51,681 nt of DNA. It comes from Octopus bimaculoides. Taxonomy: Eukaryota. Of the stretch, positions 49,634 to 51,681 are shown piece by piece; position 1 is the first letter of the stretch, and each line of letters begins with the position of its first letter. The position numbers were made by a program, and so were the translations under genes. The notes under the pieces were generated by a model, which saw only the letters and a list, made by a program, of their open reading frames with translations, was not told the origin of the DNA and searched no databases. The stretch is from the NCBI RefSeq assembly GCF_001194135.2, contig NC_068981.1:46487482-46539162 (forward strand). The letters run 5' to 3'.

Positions 49634-51681
49634 NNNNNNNNNNNNNNNNNNNNNNNNNNNNNNNNNNNNNNNNNNNNNNNNNNNNNNNNNNNNNNNNNNN
49701 NNNNNNNNNNNNNNNNNNNNNNNNNNNNNNNNNNNNNNNNNNNNNNNNNNNNNNNNNNNNNNNNNNNNNNNNNNNNNNNNNNNNNNNNNNNNNNNNNNNN
49801 NNNNNNNNNNNNNNNNNNNNNNNNNNNNNNNNNNNNNNNNNNNNNNNNNNNNNNNNNNNNNNNNNNNNNNNNNNNNNNNNNNNNNNNNNNNNNNNNNNNN
49901 NNNNNNNNNNNNNNNNNNNNNNNNNNNNNNNNNNNNNNNNNNNNNNNNNNNNNNNNNNNNNNNNNNNNNNNNNNNNNNNNNNNNNNNNNNNNNNNNNNNN
50001 NNNNNNNNNNNNNNNNNNNNNNNNNNNNNNNNNNNNNNNNNNNNNNNNNNNNNNNNNNNNNNNNNNNNNNNNNNNNNNNNNNNNNNNNNNNNNNNNNNNN
50101 NNNNNNNNNNNNNNNNNNNNNNNNNNNNNNNNNNNNNNNNNNNNNNNNNNNNNNNNNNNNNNNNNNNNNNNNNNNNNNNNNNNNNNNNNNNNNNNNNNNN
50201 NNNNNNNNNNNNNNNNNNNNNNNNNNNNNNNNNNNNNNNNNNNNNNNNNNNNNNNNNNNNNNNNNNNNNNNNNNNNNNNNNNNNNNNNNNNNNNNNNNNN
50301 NNNNNAGGAGGAGGAGGAGGAGGAGGAGGAGGAGGAGGATTGGGGAGAAGGTCGTTGTGTAGTATGTCAACACGGAAAAAAAACGGGAGTGATGAAAACA
50401 ATGGTGACGATGATGTCGAATGAAATTGATAATAAAGATGAAGTTGATAAGTTGGTGTTGACGAGGATGGTAATAGTTAAGAAGATATCAGTCTGATAGG
50501 AGATATTTGAATGCTCAGTCATCATCACAGAACAAAAAAGATATAAAAGAAATTAAAGGAACGGGTAAAATATAGATAAAATAAACGTATCTGAAGATAA
50601 ATTTGAGAAAATATATAATAAAAAAAATACAGAGCGAAATATATATAGGCAAAAATAATTGTTTTATTATATTTTTTCCGAAGTTATGATAACTGAAATG
50701 TGTTCAGAAACTGAACAAATTGCTAAACATGATAAACCGTTATCTTAGTAATAACGGTCTTTCAAAATCATATTCTTGATTATAGAAAATTCACACAAAT
50801 GTAGGCACACACACTCACACACACACATACACACACATGCACACATACACACACATACACACACATACACACACATACACACATATGTATGTATGCATGT
50901 ATGTATGTATGTGTGTATGTATGTATGTATGTATAAACCTTACGTGTAACTGTGTCCAAGTTCAAATTAGTGAAAAATGTGTATCAAACGACGCAGTGTT
51001 TACCATGGTAATTTGAAAATACGCATATACCCACATACACAAACACAAACACACATACAGAAGCACAAATATACATACATAAAAACACAGATACGCGCGC
51101 GCGCAATTTTTTTTTTTTTTTTTTCCTATCGTCAACCTTAAATTTTTCCATGAACTTGTAAGATCGACGTCGTTATAATGCATATCTTGCGTACATTTTT
51201 ATTCTGGCGGGGCATTTCCTGTTCTGACCTCAACTAGTATCTCACTCAGATAGTCACAGACAGAAAATAAAGTAGAATTGGAGGAAAATAAGATTAGCTA
51301 TAGGATTAGCAAGTTGTTTACCCACCCCAAAATTATATTAAATAATTTGGCGATTAAGGGATTAAAATTCTGATCGCAGACATCTGCTATTCAATTTAAC
51401 TGTAGCTATGAAACAAGCATTGCAAAGCTCATATATATATATGAGGTATATTACAATGCAAAATACCAAACGGAACCTCACCTCTTATATCTCATCTTTC
51501 TTCCTCCTTTAATGTCTATGTGATATAATTATTGGGAGAAAATACATTTGCGGCTGAAGATAGCTTTATACTGTCGATTATTCACTGATGTAACACATAT
51601 AAAGCTTGAAACACGTGTACCACAGAATCCTTTGTGTTTTGTTTTTATTTTTGCATTTACAATTTATATATATATATATAT

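Noticed and set aside
50306-50496. Poly-E acidic ORF after the gap
   Set aside because: (GAG)n plus low-complexity sequence; no start, splice or homology evidence.

Overview
AT-rich eukaryotic draft-assembly DNA with 14 N-gaps, nearly all flanked by microsatellites. The repeat families look like those of an octopus (coleoid cephalopod); this is inferred from recall, not from a search. No intact host protein-coding gene, rRNA, true tRNA or CRISPR array is supportable, and the long ORFs in the track are gap or microsatellite artefacts. The window is a graveyard of mobile elements: four distinct R4/Dong-like (RLE) retrotransposon remnants beside (AAT)n or (CATA)n, a probable Tx1-like 3' end, three CR1-group LINE fragments, many copies of two tRNA-derived SINE families (S1 and S2 here), Penelope-like relics with minimal hammerhead ribozyme (HHR) motifs, a Chapaev-like DNA transposon 5' end, and several unclassified repeats. 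The most striking object is a ~570-bp palindromic element (22017-22585) flanked by a 9-11-bp direct repeat. Each arm is a tRNA-like Pol III head, then (AAT)n, then a minimal hammerhead ribozyme, with the two heads back to back. Translations and alignments were done by eye, so boundaries are approximate to about 10 bp unless stated.
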